Translations under genes and position numbers: made by a program
In this document: positions 1-9,019 of the stretch, in pieces
Numbering within the stretch: position 1 is the stretch's first letter
Layout of the letters: each line of letters opens with the position of its first letter
Assembly (NCBI GenBank): GCA_038132575.1
Contig: JAYPRP010000004.1
Span: 5,748 to 69,747, forward strand
Length of the DNA stretch: 64,000 nt
Source of the DNA: Rhodospirillaceae bacterium
GTDB taxonomy: Bacteria; Pseudomonadota; Alphaproteobacteria; UBA6615
Direction: 5' to 3'
Notes under the pieces: generated by a model
Databases searched by the model: none
What the model was told of the DNA's origin: nothing
Seen by the model: the letters and a program-made list of their open reading frames with translations, nothing else

Positions 1-413
1 GCTGGTGGGCCGATATCCGCGATAAGTCGGACCTCCACGCCGTGGCCCGGCTGCCATGGTTCGCACCGGAGGGCGCGGGCGCGTCGGTGGGCGCACTTGT
101 CGTCGCTCGCGGGGCACCCGAGGAGTCCGGGGAGGACCGCAGCATGCTCATGTTTTCCTGTGCGACGCCAGTCAGCCGTGCGCGCGTGGGAGACGCCTGT
201 GCGGCAGAGGGCCTCACGCTCGTGTCGCAGGCTGTCACCGAGGACGCGCACGAGCGCGACCGGATGCTTCATATCGTCGAGGTCGAGGGCTTCATGGGCG
301 CAGAGGATTCACGTATCCGAAATGTAGCGGCGGCGCTGGAGGCCTCGAGCACGCGCCTGCTCGGTGCGTTTGCACGGCCCGCCTCGGGGCCGGATACGGC
401 GGGAGACGAATAG
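1..413 (+). CDS. prephenate dehydratase, C-terminal fragment (ACT regulatory domain); 5' end lies outside window
   Basis: Frame 3 is open from base 3 to the stop at 411-413. The tail '...LHIVEVEGFMGAEDSRIRNVAAALEASSTRLLGAFARP' resembles the PheA ACT-domain signature (..F.VD.EGH......AL.EL......LG.YP). It sits directly upstream of hisC and tyrC. Confidence 0.4.
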   Translation, partial: WWADIRDKSDLHAVARLPWFAPEGAGASVGALVVARGAPEESGEDRSMLMFSCATPVSRARVGDACAAEGLTLVSQAVTEDAHERDRMLHIVEVEGFMGAEDSRIRNVAAALEASSTRLLGAFARPASGPDTAGDE

Positions 414-1499
414 ATGGCGCCCCCAAAAGCGAAGGAAGGCGTGCTCGCGATCACGCCCTACGCCGGCAGCGAAGTCGGGTCGGGCGGTGCAGACCGCATC
501 ATCATCAGCTCGAACGAGAGCGCGTTCGGACCGTCCTGGCGCGCGATGGAAGCCTATTCGGCATCCAGCGAGGAGATGCATCGCTACCCCGAGATCGATG
601 CGCGGAGCCTGCGCCAGGCGCTGGCCGATCACCACGGCCTCGAGGTCGACCGGATCATCTGTGGATGCGGGTCGGATCAGCTCATAGACCTGATCGCGCT
701 GGCCTATGCGGGGCCGGGTGACGAGACGGTCTACAGCGAGCACGGATTCACGATGTATCCGATCGCCACGCGCGGTGTCGGGGCGACCCCGGTCGCGGCT
801 GCGGAGGCCAAACTGACGGCGGATGTGGACGCGATCCTTGGATGCGTCAACGACCGCACCCGCATCGTCTTTCTCGCCAATCCGAACAATCCGACCGGGA
901 CCTATCTCGGCATCGACGAATTGCGCCGGCTTCATGCCGGGCTGCCCGAGGACGTGCTCCTGGTGCTGGACGCGGCCTATGCCGAGTATGTGACGGCCCC
1001 GGACTACGACCCCGGCATGACGCTCGTGCGCGAGGCGTCGAACGTGGTCATGACGCGGACGTTCTCGAAAATCTATGCGCTGGCGAGCCTTCGCATCGGC
1101 TGGGCCTACGGGCCGGCCGAGATCATAGATATTCTCGATCGCGTTCGACCGCCGTTCAACGTCTCGACCCCGGCGATCGCTGCGGGCATCGCCGCGCTCG
1201 CAGACACCGAACACACGGAGCGGTCGCGCGACCTGAACGCCGAGCTTCTGCCCTGGTTCACGGCCGAGGTCGAGAAGCTGGGCCTGATCGTGAACCCGTC
1301 CGTGGGCAACTTCGTCATCGTCCGGCTCGACGATCCGGAGACCGCGGAGGCGGCGTACCGCTTCCTGTTCGAACGCGGCATCGTGACCCGCCGGGTGGCT
1401 GGCTACGGCCTGCCGGAATGGGTGCGCATGTCGATCGGGCAGCGCGAGGAAATGCAGGACGTCGTCGATGCCCTGCGGACGTTTGTCGAGGACGCATGA
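414..1499 (+). CDS. hisC: histidinol-phosphate aminotransferase (class II PLP aminotransferase)
   Basis: 361 aa with the motifs 'SNESAFGPS', 'NPNNPTG' and 'TFSKIYALASLRIGW' (PLP lysine region). Its ATG directly follows the upstream stop. Confidence 0.88.
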   Translation: MAPPKAKEGVLAITPYAGSEVGSGGADRIIISSNESAFGPSWRAMEAYSASSEEMHRYPEIDARSLRQALADHHGLEVDRIICGCGSDQLIDLIALAYAGPGDETVYSEHGFTMYPIATRGVGATPVAAAEAKLTADVDAILGCVNDRTRIVFLANPNNPTGTYLGIDELRRLHAGLPEDVLLVLDAAYAEYVTAPDYDPGMTLVREASNVVMTRTFSKIYALASLRIGWAYGPAEIIDILDRVRPPFNVSTPAIAAGIAALADTEHTERSRDLNAELLPWFTAEVEKLGLIVNPSVGNFVIVRLDDPETAEAAYRFLFERGIVTRRVAGYGLPEWVRMSIGQREEMQDVVDALRTFVEDA

Positions 1500-2461
1500 G
1501 CGAGCAACCGATATTCAAGCGCGTCGCGATCATCGGCGTCGGCCTGATCGGATCGTCGCTCGCCCTGGCGATCCGCGCGAATGGGCTGGCCGCACATGTC
1601 ACGTGCCATGATGCCGATGCGGATGTGCGCAAGCGCGTCGACGACCTCGCGATCGCGGACAGCGTGCACGCGGAGATCGGTGATGCCGTGGATGCGGCGG
1701 ACCTGGTCATCGTCGCGACCCCGGTCGGCGCGTGCGGCGCGGTTGCGGCGGCGATGGCCCCGCACCTGGCAACCGGTGCCATCGTCACCGACGTGGGCTC
1801 GGTGAAGGGCTCGGTCTTGGCGGCGATGCGCCCGCACTTGCCCGAAGGCGTGCACCTCGTGCCGGGCCACCCGGTGGCCGGCACCGAGCATTCCGGGCCC
1901 GAGGCGGGTTTCGCGGAGCTTTTCCAGGACCGGTTCTCCATCCTGACGCCGCCCGCGGACGCAGATGCCGCCGCCGTGGCGCGGCTCGAGGCGCTGTGGC
2001 GGGGCATGGGGGCTCATGTCGAGATCATGGACGCGGAGCATCACGACCGGGTCCTCGCGATCACCAGTCATTTGCCGCATCTCATTGCCTACACGATCGT
2101 GGCAACTGCCTCGGACCTCGAGAACGAACTCAAGGCCAAGTCGGAGGACGACGAGGTCGTCACGACCCGCGAGGTCATCAAGTACTCAGCGGGCGGGTTC
2201 CGTGACTTCACGCGCATCGCCGCGTCCGACCCGGTCATGTGGCGCGATGTGTTCCTGCTCAACAAGGACGCGGTGCTGGAGATGCTCGGGCGCTTCAACG
2301 AGGATCTGACGGCGCTGCAACGGGCGATCCGCCACGATGATGGAGACGCGCTGTTCGATCTCTTCTCGCGCACCCGCGATATCCGCCGGGGCGTCATCGA
2401 GGCGCGACAGGCGGGCCGCTTCCAGTACACCGAAAACGGGGACGGCGGCGACGACGCCTAG
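1496..2461 (+). CDS. tyrC: prephenate/arogenate (cyclohexadienyl) dehydrogenase
   Basis: The N-terminal Rossmann fold 'VAIIGVGLIGSSLALAIR' and the dimerisation region 'HDRVLAITSHLPHLIAY' are present. The ATG at 1496 overlaps the hisC stop (ATGA). The ORF track's longer 842 start lies inside hisC. Confidence 0.82.
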   Translation: MSEQPIFKRVAIIGVGLIGSSLALAIRANGLAAHVTCHDADADVRKRVDDLAIADSVHAEIGDAVDAADLVIVATPVGACGAVAAAMAPHLATGAIVTDVGSVKGSVLAAMRPHLPEGVHLVPGHPVAGTEHSGPEAGFAELFQDRFSILTPPADADAAAVARLEALWRGMGAHVEIMDAEHHDRVLAITSHLPHLIAYTIVATASDLENELKAKSEDDEVVTTREVIKYSAGGFRDFTRIAASDPVMWRDVFLLNKDAVLEMLGRFNEDLTALQRAIRHDDGDALFDLFSRTRDIRRGVIEARQAGRFQYTENGDGGDDA

Positions 2462-2468
2462 TCCCGGG

Positions 2469-3545
2469 TTAGTTCCAGGTAACGAGGGGCAGGCGCAGCA
2501 GCGTGACCGGCCCGATGGAAAGTCGGCGATCCTGGACCGTGACCGGAACGCGGGCCTGTGCAGGGCCGCCGTCCGCCGGCGCACGGGTGAGAACGGCCAG
2601 CGCGATCCGCGCGATCGCGGCCTGCTGTGGCCCGATCTGTCCTGCGCGCTCCAGCAGATCGAGCAGGCGGTCGAGCCCGACGATTTCCGCGGTGAAGGAG
2701 CCGACCGGTTGCAGGGCGTCGTCGAGGGCGAGCGTGCCGGCACCGGCGATGCGCAACGGTCCCCAGTCCAGCGTGAAATCGGAAAGTTCGAGTGTGCCGC
2801 CGGCGTCGCGCCAGCGTCCGAGTTCCGTGGGTGTCGGGTTTTCGAGGGCGAGCGCGCCGCGTTGCGACAGGCGGCCGGCGAGCCTGTCCAGTTTCCGGCC
2901 CAGGGCCTCTGCGAGATTCGGATCCAGTCTGGCGGATTGGAGGGAAACGCCCGACAGGGAAAATGTCAGCGTTTGTCCGCCGGATTCCGGATGAATGGCG
3001 TCCGGGTCCGTGCCGCCGCTGACCCGGGACCAGTCGAACGCGGCGTCGTCAAACGTGGTCAGGGGCTGTCCGTCGAGGCTGATCCGGAGGTTGCCTGCGT
3101 TGCCCCGGAGCGCAGAAATCTGACCTGCGCCATCGAAGTTCAACCGTCCGTCGAGCCGTTCGCCGGTCACGGTCGCCGACCGGTCCGCACCGCCGGCAAG
3201 TTCCCCCGACAGCTGGAAGCTGTGTGTGCCCGGGGCCCGGAAAGAAACCGTGCGTCCGAAGTCGGTAAAGAACTTGAGCCGTGTCTCCGGCCCCGACCAC
3301 GCGATCTCGCCGTCCGGCCCCGACCAGGTTGCGCGCGGTTCGGCGAGGTGCGTGTAGAGCCGTGTCGGATAACCGTCGAACTCGATCGCGGTCCACGCCA
3401 CTGTCAACGGTGTCCCGGTCTGCCGCGCGGCATATTCGTCGAGACCGTTCGCGATCACGCGCGCGAGCCAGAACCACCCGATCGTCCAGATGCCGACGAG
3501 CAGCAACAGTAAGGCGACGGGATACAGATACTTTCGCTGGATCAT
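2469..3545 (-). CDS. DUF2125-family membrane-anchored protein
   Basis: The ATG at 3545 gives 'MIQRKYLYPVALLLLLVGIWTIGWFW...', a single N-terminal TM helix. Its size and position after tyrC match the alphaproteobacterial DUF2125 family. Confidence 0.5.
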   Translation of the reverse strand: MIQRKYLYPVALLLLLVGIWTIGWFWLARVIANGLDEYAARQTGTPLTVAWTAIEFDGYPTRLYTHLAEPRATWSGPDGEIAWSGPETRLKFFTDFGRTVSFRAPGTHSFQLSGELAGGADRSATVTGERLDGRLNFDGAGQISALRGNAGNLRISLDGQPLTTFDDAAFDWSRVSGGTDPDAIHPESGGQTLTFSLSGVSLQSARLDPNLAEALGRKLDRLAGRLSQRGALALENPTPTELGRWRDAGGTLELSDFTLDWGPLRIAGAGTLALDDALQPVGSFTAEIVGLDRLLDLLERAGQIGPQQAAIARIALAVLTRAPADGGPAQARVPVTVQDRRLSIGPVTLLRLPLVTWN

Positions 3546-3648
3546 ATGCGGACAGTTGCCTAAGTAACTCGCCGACCAACCTAGTCTCGGACCCGTGACC
3601 GCGTCGAGGCGTGCGCACAGGTCGAACCCGCTACCCGGTGACCGCAGG

Positions 3649-4287
3649 ATGCCGATGCTGAAGGAACAGCCTGATCTCAGCCATCTCACGGACCAGTATG
3701 AGCTGACCGAGGAAGAGCTCGGCTGGACGCTTCGCGCGGTGATGGAAACACATCCGCCGGGTGAGGATATCTGGATCTTCGGTTATGGCTCGCTCATGTG
3801 GCGGCCGGATTTCCCGTTTGTCGAGCGGAAGCCGGCCCTGGTTCGCGGCTTCCATCGGTCCTTCTGTGTCTATTCCCATGTCTATCGCGGTACACGCGAG
3901 CGTCCCGGACTGGTCCTCGGGCTCGACAACGGGGGCAGCTGCAACGGCGTTGCCTATCGGGTCGCCGCCGATCAAGCTTCGTCGGCGGTCGAGTATCTCA
4001 TCCGTCGGGAGATGGTGACCCGGGTCTACATGCCGCGCTGGGTGACCGCGCGGGTCGGCGACCGGACGGTTCGCGCCCACACCTACACCGCCGCGCACAA
4101 CCATGTTCAGTATGCCGGCCGCCTGTCGGAGGATGAGACACTGCGCCTCATTCTTCAGGGGCACGGCCGCAGCGGTCCGAACACGGAGTATCTGCGTAAC
4201 ACCGTCGAGCATCTCGACGAGCTCGGAATATCGGACAAGCCGCTGCGGCGGCTTCAGGCGCGTGTCGCCCGGGGCGAAACGGCCTGA
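3649..4287 (+). CDS. ChaC-family gamma-glutamylcyclotransferase (glutathione-specific)
   Basis: The ChaC core 'IWIFGYGSLMWRP' and 'LVLGLDNGGSCNGVAYRV' are present. The ATG at 3649 (MPMLKEQ) was chosen; an alternative ATG lies at 3655. Confidence 0.65.
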   Translation: MPMLKEQPDLSHLTDQYELTEEELGWTLRAVMETHPPGEDIWIFGYGSLMWRPDFPFVERKPALVRGFHRSFCVYSHVYRGTRERPGLVLGLDNGGSCNGVAYRVAADQASSAVEYLIRREMVTRVYMPRWVTARVGDRTVRAHTYTAAHNHVQYAGRLSEDETLRLILQGHGRSGPNTEYLRNTVEHLDELGISDKPLRRLQARVARGETA

Positions 4288-4357
4288 ACCGCCCGGCCGC
4301 GCAAAAAACCGAGACTTCCCAAGCTCTTCCGGAGCCGCGGTCCCGAGCACCGAATTT

Positions 4358-4366
4358 TTATCCACA
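4358..4366 (+). promoter_or_regulatory. perfect DnaA box TTATCCACA
   Basis: Exact 9-mer match to the TTATNCACA consensus, inside a 400-bp AT-richer region between the convergent chaC and plsC genes. Confidence 0.3.
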
Positions 4367-4636
4367 ATCGGTTCGTTCGCAGGCGTTTTGCGCGGAATAC
4401 GGCGTCGGGAACCTTGCCGGCGGTCCGAATGATTCATTTCCGAAGCGAAAATCGGCACTTTCCGCCAACATTCCGGATTGCCCGAAATGGAAAGTGAGCC
4501 TGCTATTGCGGCAGGTCTGAAAAGTAACTGAAATACTGTCGGAATATAGACGAAACACTGCACGCGGGTTCTCGCGGCGGTCCGTTTTTATTCATCGCCT
4601 ATTGTCAGTTCGCTTGGCGCGTCGGCCACCGTTAAG

Positions 4637-4657
4637 TGTTCCACAATGTTATCCACA
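4637..4657 (+). promoter_or_regulatory. two adjacent DnaA-box-like sites (TGTTCCACA at 4637-4645; TTATCCACA at 4649-4657)
   Basis: One perfect box and one 1-mismatch box, head-to-tail and 3 bp apart, in the same intergenic region as the box at 4358. Confidence 0.3.
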
Positions 4658-4688
4658 GGCGGGGTGCCGGCAGCGGGGCGGCCGTGTT

Positions 4689-5414
4689 TCAGCACCCGCT
4701 GGACACGCGCGCGTTGGCGTCGCGCGCCAGCCGATCGCTCTCCGTTTCAATGGAGGACTCCACGGATTCGAGGAAGTCGCGCCGCGTGAGGTTCGCCGGG
4801 ATGGGGGGCAGGAACGTGATCGTGATGGTTCCGGGCTTCAGTTTGAACGAACGCCGGGGCCAGAAATGCCCCGAGTTCAGCGCGACCGGCACCACCGGCA
4901 CCTTGAGCGCACCATAAAGCGCGGCGACACCCGCGTGATAGGGCCGCCGCTCTCCCGGTGCGACCCGGGTCCCCTCGGGAAATATGACGATCGGCCGACC
5001 GTCGTCCAGGGCGTCGCGCGCCGCACTAACCATGCCGCGCAGCGCGGCCATGCCGCCGCTCCGGTCGATGGCGATCTGGCGTGCGCGCACGAGGCACCAG
5101 CCGAACAGCGGTATCCAGGTGAGCTCCCGTTTCAGCACGATTGCGGCATCGCGCACGATCAGGTTGATGGCGAGCGTATCCCAGGCCGACTGGTGCTTTA
5201 TCGCGAACAGCACGGGTCCTTGCGGAATGTGCTCCGCCCCCTCGACGCGATGGCGCAGCCCCACGCAGACACGCAGCATCCACAGGGAGACTCGGATCCA
5301 CATGCGGCTGTAGGCGAGGATAGGGCGCGGTGGGCCCAGCAGCAGCGGCAGCACGAAGATGCCTGCGAGGGTGGTCCACAGGTAGAACAGGACCGTGAAG
5401 AGTGCCGCGCGCAT
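4689..5414 (-). CDS. plsC: 1-acyl-sn-glycerol-3-phosphate acyltransferase (lysophospholipid acyltransferase)
   Basis: 241 aa with the acyltransferase motifs 'IKHQSAWD' (HX4D-like) and 'FPEGTR', plus an N-terminal TM helix. Confidence 0.78.
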   Translation of the reverse strand: MRAALFTVLFYLWTTLAGIFVLPLLLGPPRPILAYSRMWIRVSLWMLRVCVGLRHRVEGAEHIPQGPVLFAIKHQSAWDTLAINLIVRDAAIVLKRELTWIPLFGWCLVRARQIAIDRSGGMAALRGMVSAARDALDDGRPIVIFPEGTRVAPGERRPYHAGVAALYGALKVPVVPVALNSGHFWPRRSFKLKPGTITITFLPPIPANLTRRDFLESVESSIETESDRLARDANARVSSGC

Positions 5415-5420
5415 CTGTGT

Positions 5421-6038
5421 TCAGTTCTGCTCGCGCGGACGCGTGAGCAACAGCCGCGCACGCGCCGCCAGGTACTTGTTGTACTCCCCGGCCAGAAGCA
5501 GTGCCGTTCCCGGCCAGCGCCACCACCGGGCGAGACGTACATTCTCCGACGTGACAGGGACGGGCACGATCTCGACTTGCGGGAGGTGGGCGCGAAACTC
5601 GAGCAGGCTCCGCGGGATGTGGAAATCGGCGGTTACCAGGCGCAGGCTCGCAACCCTGTTTGCGGCGACCCAGCCTGCGGTCTCGACGGCATTCTCGCGC
5701 GTGTTGCGCGCCGCGCGGCCAAGCGTCACGCAACATGCCAGGGTGTGCGACTCGAGCTGTTCTTCCGGGATGAGATCGCGCGCCGCGGCGTTTGCGCCGA
5801 CGCCCGAGATCAGCATTCGCTCCGCGACGCCGGACGCCAGAAGGTCGGTGCCGTGGGCGACCCGGCCCCGGCCGCCGGTGAGGACAACGATAGCGTCGGT
5901 TCGTGCGGTCTCCGGCGGGGGCTCCGAGCGCGTCGGAATACCGTCGACGAAGCCGAAGAGCCCGGCGACCCAGAGCAGGACAAGGACCGCCAGCGGAACG
6001 AAGATGCGACGCCAGCGGCGTTTGCGGACACGGGACAT
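5421..6038 (-). CDS. DUF218 (YdcF/ElyC-like) domain protein
   Basis: 205 aa starting at ATG 6038 (MSRVRKRRW...), with 'DAIVVLTGGRGR...LISGVG' and 'NTRENA' typical of DUF218. Its ATG overlaps the ftsX stop (ATGA). The 504-aa ORF in the track is a fusion with sequence antisense to ftsX. Confidence 0.6.
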   Translation of the reverse strand: MSRVRKRRWRRIFVPLAVLVLLWVAGLFGFVDGIPTRSEPPPETARTDAIVVLTGGRGRVAHGTDLLASGVAERMLISGVGANAAARDLIPEEQLESHTLACCVTLGRAARNTRENAVETAGWVAANRVASLRLVTADFHIPRSLLEFRAHLPQVEIVPVPVTSENVRLARWWRWPGTALLLAGEYNKYLAARARLLLTRPREQN

Positions 6039-6913
6039 CACGGCATGCGAGCGAGCGCGCGCAGCACTGTCAGCCGCGCCGTCAGCATCGCGATTGCGAC
6101 AGCGCCGAGGGGCACGACCAGCAACGCGAGCCATTCGGCAACGGACAGCGTGACCGGTGGAAGAAATGCGGCGTCGATACCCTGTCCGACCCATGCGAAC
6201 ACCAGCAGGACGACCCCCGCCGCGAGCGCGCCGGCCAGGCCGCCGCGAGCTGCCAACATCATCGCCTGGAGTTGGAACTGACCCGCGATATAGCGATCGT
6301 GGGCGCCCATCTGATGGAGCAGCTCGATAATCGCGGCGTGCACGGCGAGCCCGCTGCGGGTGGTGAAGACGACCGCGACGACCGCTGCCGCGGCGATCAG
6401 ACCCAGGATCACGAATGCGAGAATCTCGATGGTGCGTCCGAGGTTTATCAGCGCCGACAACCATGCGCGATGATCGTCCACGGTCGTGCCGGGAACCGCC
6501 CCGGACAGCCTCGTGGCCAGTAGTTCCGGGTCGATACGGGCACCGGCGGCGATTTCGACGTCGATCAGCGCAGGGATCGGCAGTCCGGAGTTCACGACCT
6601 CCTCGCCCAGCCATGGGACGAGCAGGCTCTGCGCTTCCGCGTCGGGGACCCGGCGCGTGTCGCGAACGCCGGGCGTTGCGTTCAGCATGGCCGTGAGTGC
6701 CCCGAAGGCATCGTCCGTCGCCGCGTCGTGCGGGATTTGGACCGTCATCCGGCCGGTCAGCGTGCTGTCCCAGCTGTCGATCGTATCCGAAACCACGAGT
6801 GCGCCGGCGAACATGAGGGCACCCAGGAATACCATCAGGGCAACGATCCACGGCAGGAAGCGCGTCGACTGGTCGCGCTCGAACGGCAGATCTGTCCGGC
6901 CGCCGAACTTCAT
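6038..6913 (-). CDS. ftsX: cell-division ABC transporter permease FtsX
   Basis: 291 aa with a periplasmic domain followed by a C-terminal 3-TM FtsX fold ('ILAFVILGLIAAAAVVAVVF...'). It lies immediately downstream of ftsE. Confidence 0.78.
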   Translation of the reverse strand: MKFGGRTDLPFERDQSTRFLPWIVALMVFLGALMFAGALVVSDTIDSWDSTLTGRMTVQIPHDAATDDAFGALTAMLNATPGVRDTRRVPDAEAQSLLVPWLGEEVVNSGLPIPALIDVEIAAGARIDPELLATRLSGAVPGTTVDDHRAWLSALINLGRTIEILAFVILGLIAAAAVVAVVFTTRSGLAVHAAIIELLHQMGAHDRYIAGQFQLQAMMLAARGGLAGALAAGVVLLVFAWVGQGIDAAFLPPVTLSVAEWLALLVVPLGAVAIAMLTARLTVLRALARMP

Positions 6914-7590
6914 GCCGGGCCCGGCTTGCGCGCATGGCGCACCGTCAGTTCACCGTCGTCGAGTTGCAGGATCGGGTGTCCGAACTCCTCGACGAGCTGA
7001 CTGTTGTGTGTCGCGATGACGATCGTCGTGCCGGCCTTGTTGAGCTCTTCGAAGAGATGCATCAGGCGCATCGCGATACGGTCGTCGACGTTTCCGGTGG
7101 GCTCGTCGGCCAGAAGCAACCGTGGTCGGTTGATCACGGCGCGCGCGATCGCAACACGCTGTTGCTGACCGCCGGAGAGCGTCGAGGGGCGCGCGTCCAG
7201 GCGTTCGCCTAGCCCCACCCAGCTCAGCAGCTCGCGGACGTGACTGTCGATCTCGGCGTGGCGGCTGCCGTTGACGCGCAGCGGGAGCGCAACATTCTCG
7301 ACGGCGGTCATGTGGTCGATCAGCCGGAAGTCCTGGAACACCACCCCGACCCGCCGGCGCAGGCCCGGCAGATCCTCGCGCGGCGTGACGGAGATATCCT
7401 TGTCGAACAGATGGACGAGCCCGCGCGTCGGCCGCAGGGCGAGATACATGAGCTTCAGAAGCGTCGTCTTCCCCGCGCCGCTCGAGCCGGTCAGAAAATG
7501 GAACGAGCCCGGTGCGAGGGAGAAGCTGATGTCGCGCAGAATCTCCGGCCCGATGCCGTAGCGCATTCCGACATTTTCGAAGCGCAGCAC
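6910..7590 (-). CDS. ftsE: cell-division ATP-binding protein FtsE
   Basis: Walker A 'GSSGAGKTTLLKL', signature 'LSGGQQQRVAIARA' and Walker B 'LLLADEPTGNVD' are present. The GTG at 7590 (MLRFENV...) is preceded by GGAGG at 7599-7603 with an 8-nt spacer. The longer ORF start at 7683 would add a non-FtsE Pro-rich leader. Confidence 0.82.
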   Translation of the reverse strand: MLRFENVGMRYGIGPEILRDISFSLAPGSFHFLTGSSGAGKTTLLKLMYLALRPTRGLVHLFDKDISVTPREDLPGLRRRVGVVFQDFRLIDHMTAVENVALPLRVNGSRHAEIDSHVRELLSWVGLGERLDARPSTLSGGQQQRVAIARAVINRPRLLLADEPTGNVDDRIAMRLMHLFEELNKAGTTIVIATHNSQLVEEFGHPILQLDDGELTVRHARKPGPA

Positions 7591-7805
7591 GAATGGTGCC
7601 TCCGGTTGGGGCGGGGAGAGCGGGCCGGCGCGCACAGGGCCGACTCGGCCTTGTTCTCTGATCACGTTGGCATGATGCCACACGGCGGTAAAGCCGTGCC
7701 GCCGACCGCGGAAACCGGATGAAATGCGGGTCGCGATCCCCGTCCCCGAATGGGTTATACTTCTGTATTCATGGTTGGTTTACCTGTGACGGCGATAAAC
7801 AGAAA

Positions 7806-8477
7806 ATGATCCTCACGTGCCCCGATTGCCAGACGCGGTTCGCGATCGATGCCGCCCATCTCGCGCCAAACGGGCGGCGGGTGAAGTGCGGTAAGTGCGC
7901 GCATGTCTGGTTCGAATCGATGCCGGAGCCGGACGAAGACGACGACGCGGCACCGATCTCCGTCACGCCGTTCGAACCCGAGCCGGAAGACGACGCCGGT
8001 CCTGTCCGCCGTAACGTGCCGGCGATCCCCGGTGTGCGTGCGCGCGGTGGCGCGCGCACCGCATGGATGGTTTGCGCCGTCCTGCTGATCGCCATTCTCG
8101 CGACGCTCTGGTTCGGCCGCGGCCCGATCGCGCTCGCCGTGCCGCAGGCCGAGGCCGTCTATGCGACGTTCGGGATCGACGCGTTCCCGCCGCCGGGCGA
8201 CGGCCTCGAGATCGAGTTCAATGTGTCGGCGGAAGGCGGCAAGCTCGCGCTCAAGGGCGAGGTCATCAACATTTCCAACGGTGCCCGGGATATACCCGAG
8301 CTCTTCGTTCTCATTTCCGATGCGGACAAAAACCGGCTGAAAAGCTGGTCTTTCGTGATGGAAACCCGGCGGCTGGGCCCCGGCGAGCGCGCACCGTTCA
8401 CGTCCCAGACCGATGAAGTTCCTGCGAAGGCGGCGAACGTTAGTGTTTTGTTTACCAATCCCGACGAAAATCCTTAA
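7806..8477 (+). CDS. MJ0042-type zinc-ribbon domain protein (membrane-anchored)
   Basis: The ATG at 7806 gives 'MILTCPDCQTRFAIDAAHLAPNGRRVKCGKCAHVWF' (a CxxC...CxxC zinc ribbon). A TM helix 'WMVCAVLLIAILATLWF' follows. It is conserved next to ftsEX and cpdR in alphaproteobacteria. Confidence 0.6.
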   Translation: MILTCPDCQTRFAIDAAHLAPNGRRVKCGKCAHVWFESMPEPDEDDDAAPISVTPFEPEPEDDAGPVRRNVPAIPGVRARGGARTAWMVCAVLLIAILATLWFGRGPIALAVPQAEAVYATFGIDAFPPPGDGLEIEFNVSAEGGKLALKGEVINISNGARDIPELFVLISDADKNRLKSWSFVMETRRLGPGERAPFTSQTDEVPAKAANVSVLFTNPDENP

Positions 8478-8619
8478 CAGAAGATCGTCACTCCCTCCGC
8501 AACGGCGGAGTCTGCCCTGGTGAAGGACGATCCAGAAACCCCGCAGAAATACGCGGGGCCGGGGATGGGCGTGGCCGGCACGGCGGAATCCGTGCGGACC
8601 GGGGGTGGAAGACTGAACA

Positions 8620-9000
8620 ATGGCACGAGTTCTGATTGCAGAAGATGACGGCGCGGTTCGTGAATTCGTTCGACGCGCCCTGGTGCATGGCGGGCATGAC
8701 GTGGTCACCGCCAACGACGGTCTCGATGCGCTCGACGCGCTCGGAACGGATCCGAACTACGATCTCCTGATCACGGACATCGTGATGCCGGGGATGGACG
8801 GCATCGCCCTGGCGCTCAAGGTCGCCAAGGAACATCCGAAGACAGCGATCCTGATGATGACCGGCTATGCGGCCGAGCGGCAGCGCGCGCACAATCTCGA
8901 GGAGCTCATCCACGAGGTGATCGCCAAGCCGTTCAGCCTGAAGCAGATTTGCGACGCCGCGGAGGATGCGATGTCGCATCGGGGCCGTCAGCTGCACTGA
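8620..9000 (+). CDS. cpdR: single-domain response regulator, CpdR-like
   Basis: 126-aa receiver domain only. Phospho-acceptor context 'LLITDIVMPGMDGIAL', 'TGYAA' and 'AKPFSLKQI' match the CpdR pattern as I recall it from Caulobacter (LLTDIVMPEMDGIEL / TGFAA / SKPF). Confidence 0.6.
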   Translation: MARVLIAEDDGAVREFVRRALVHGGHDVVTANDGLDALDALGTDPNYDLLITDIVMPGMDGIALALKVAKEHPKTAILMMTGYAAERQRAHNLEELIHEVIAKPFSLKQICDAAEDAMSHRGRQLH

Positions 9001-9019
9001 TCCGGCTGCCGGCGCGGGG

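Noticed and set aside
2337-3512. 391-aa plus-strand ORF (and 2503-2994) opposite the DUF2125 gene
   Set aside because: It is antisense to a gene with an N-terminal TM helix and conserved family features, and its composition is Arg/Pro/Gly-rich.
4288-4688. Calling this region the chromosomal origin (oriC)
   Set aside because: Only 2-3 DnaA boxes are present, no dnaA/hemE/parAB neighbours are nearby, and GC skew cannot be computed from a single window. It is kept as a finding rather than a feature call.
5421-6935. 504-aa ORF fusing the DUF218 gene with upstream sequence
   Set aside because: The upstream 300 aa are antisense or out-of-frame relative to ftsX and are Arg-rich. The DUF218 domain starts cleanly at ATG 6038, overlapping the ftsX stop.
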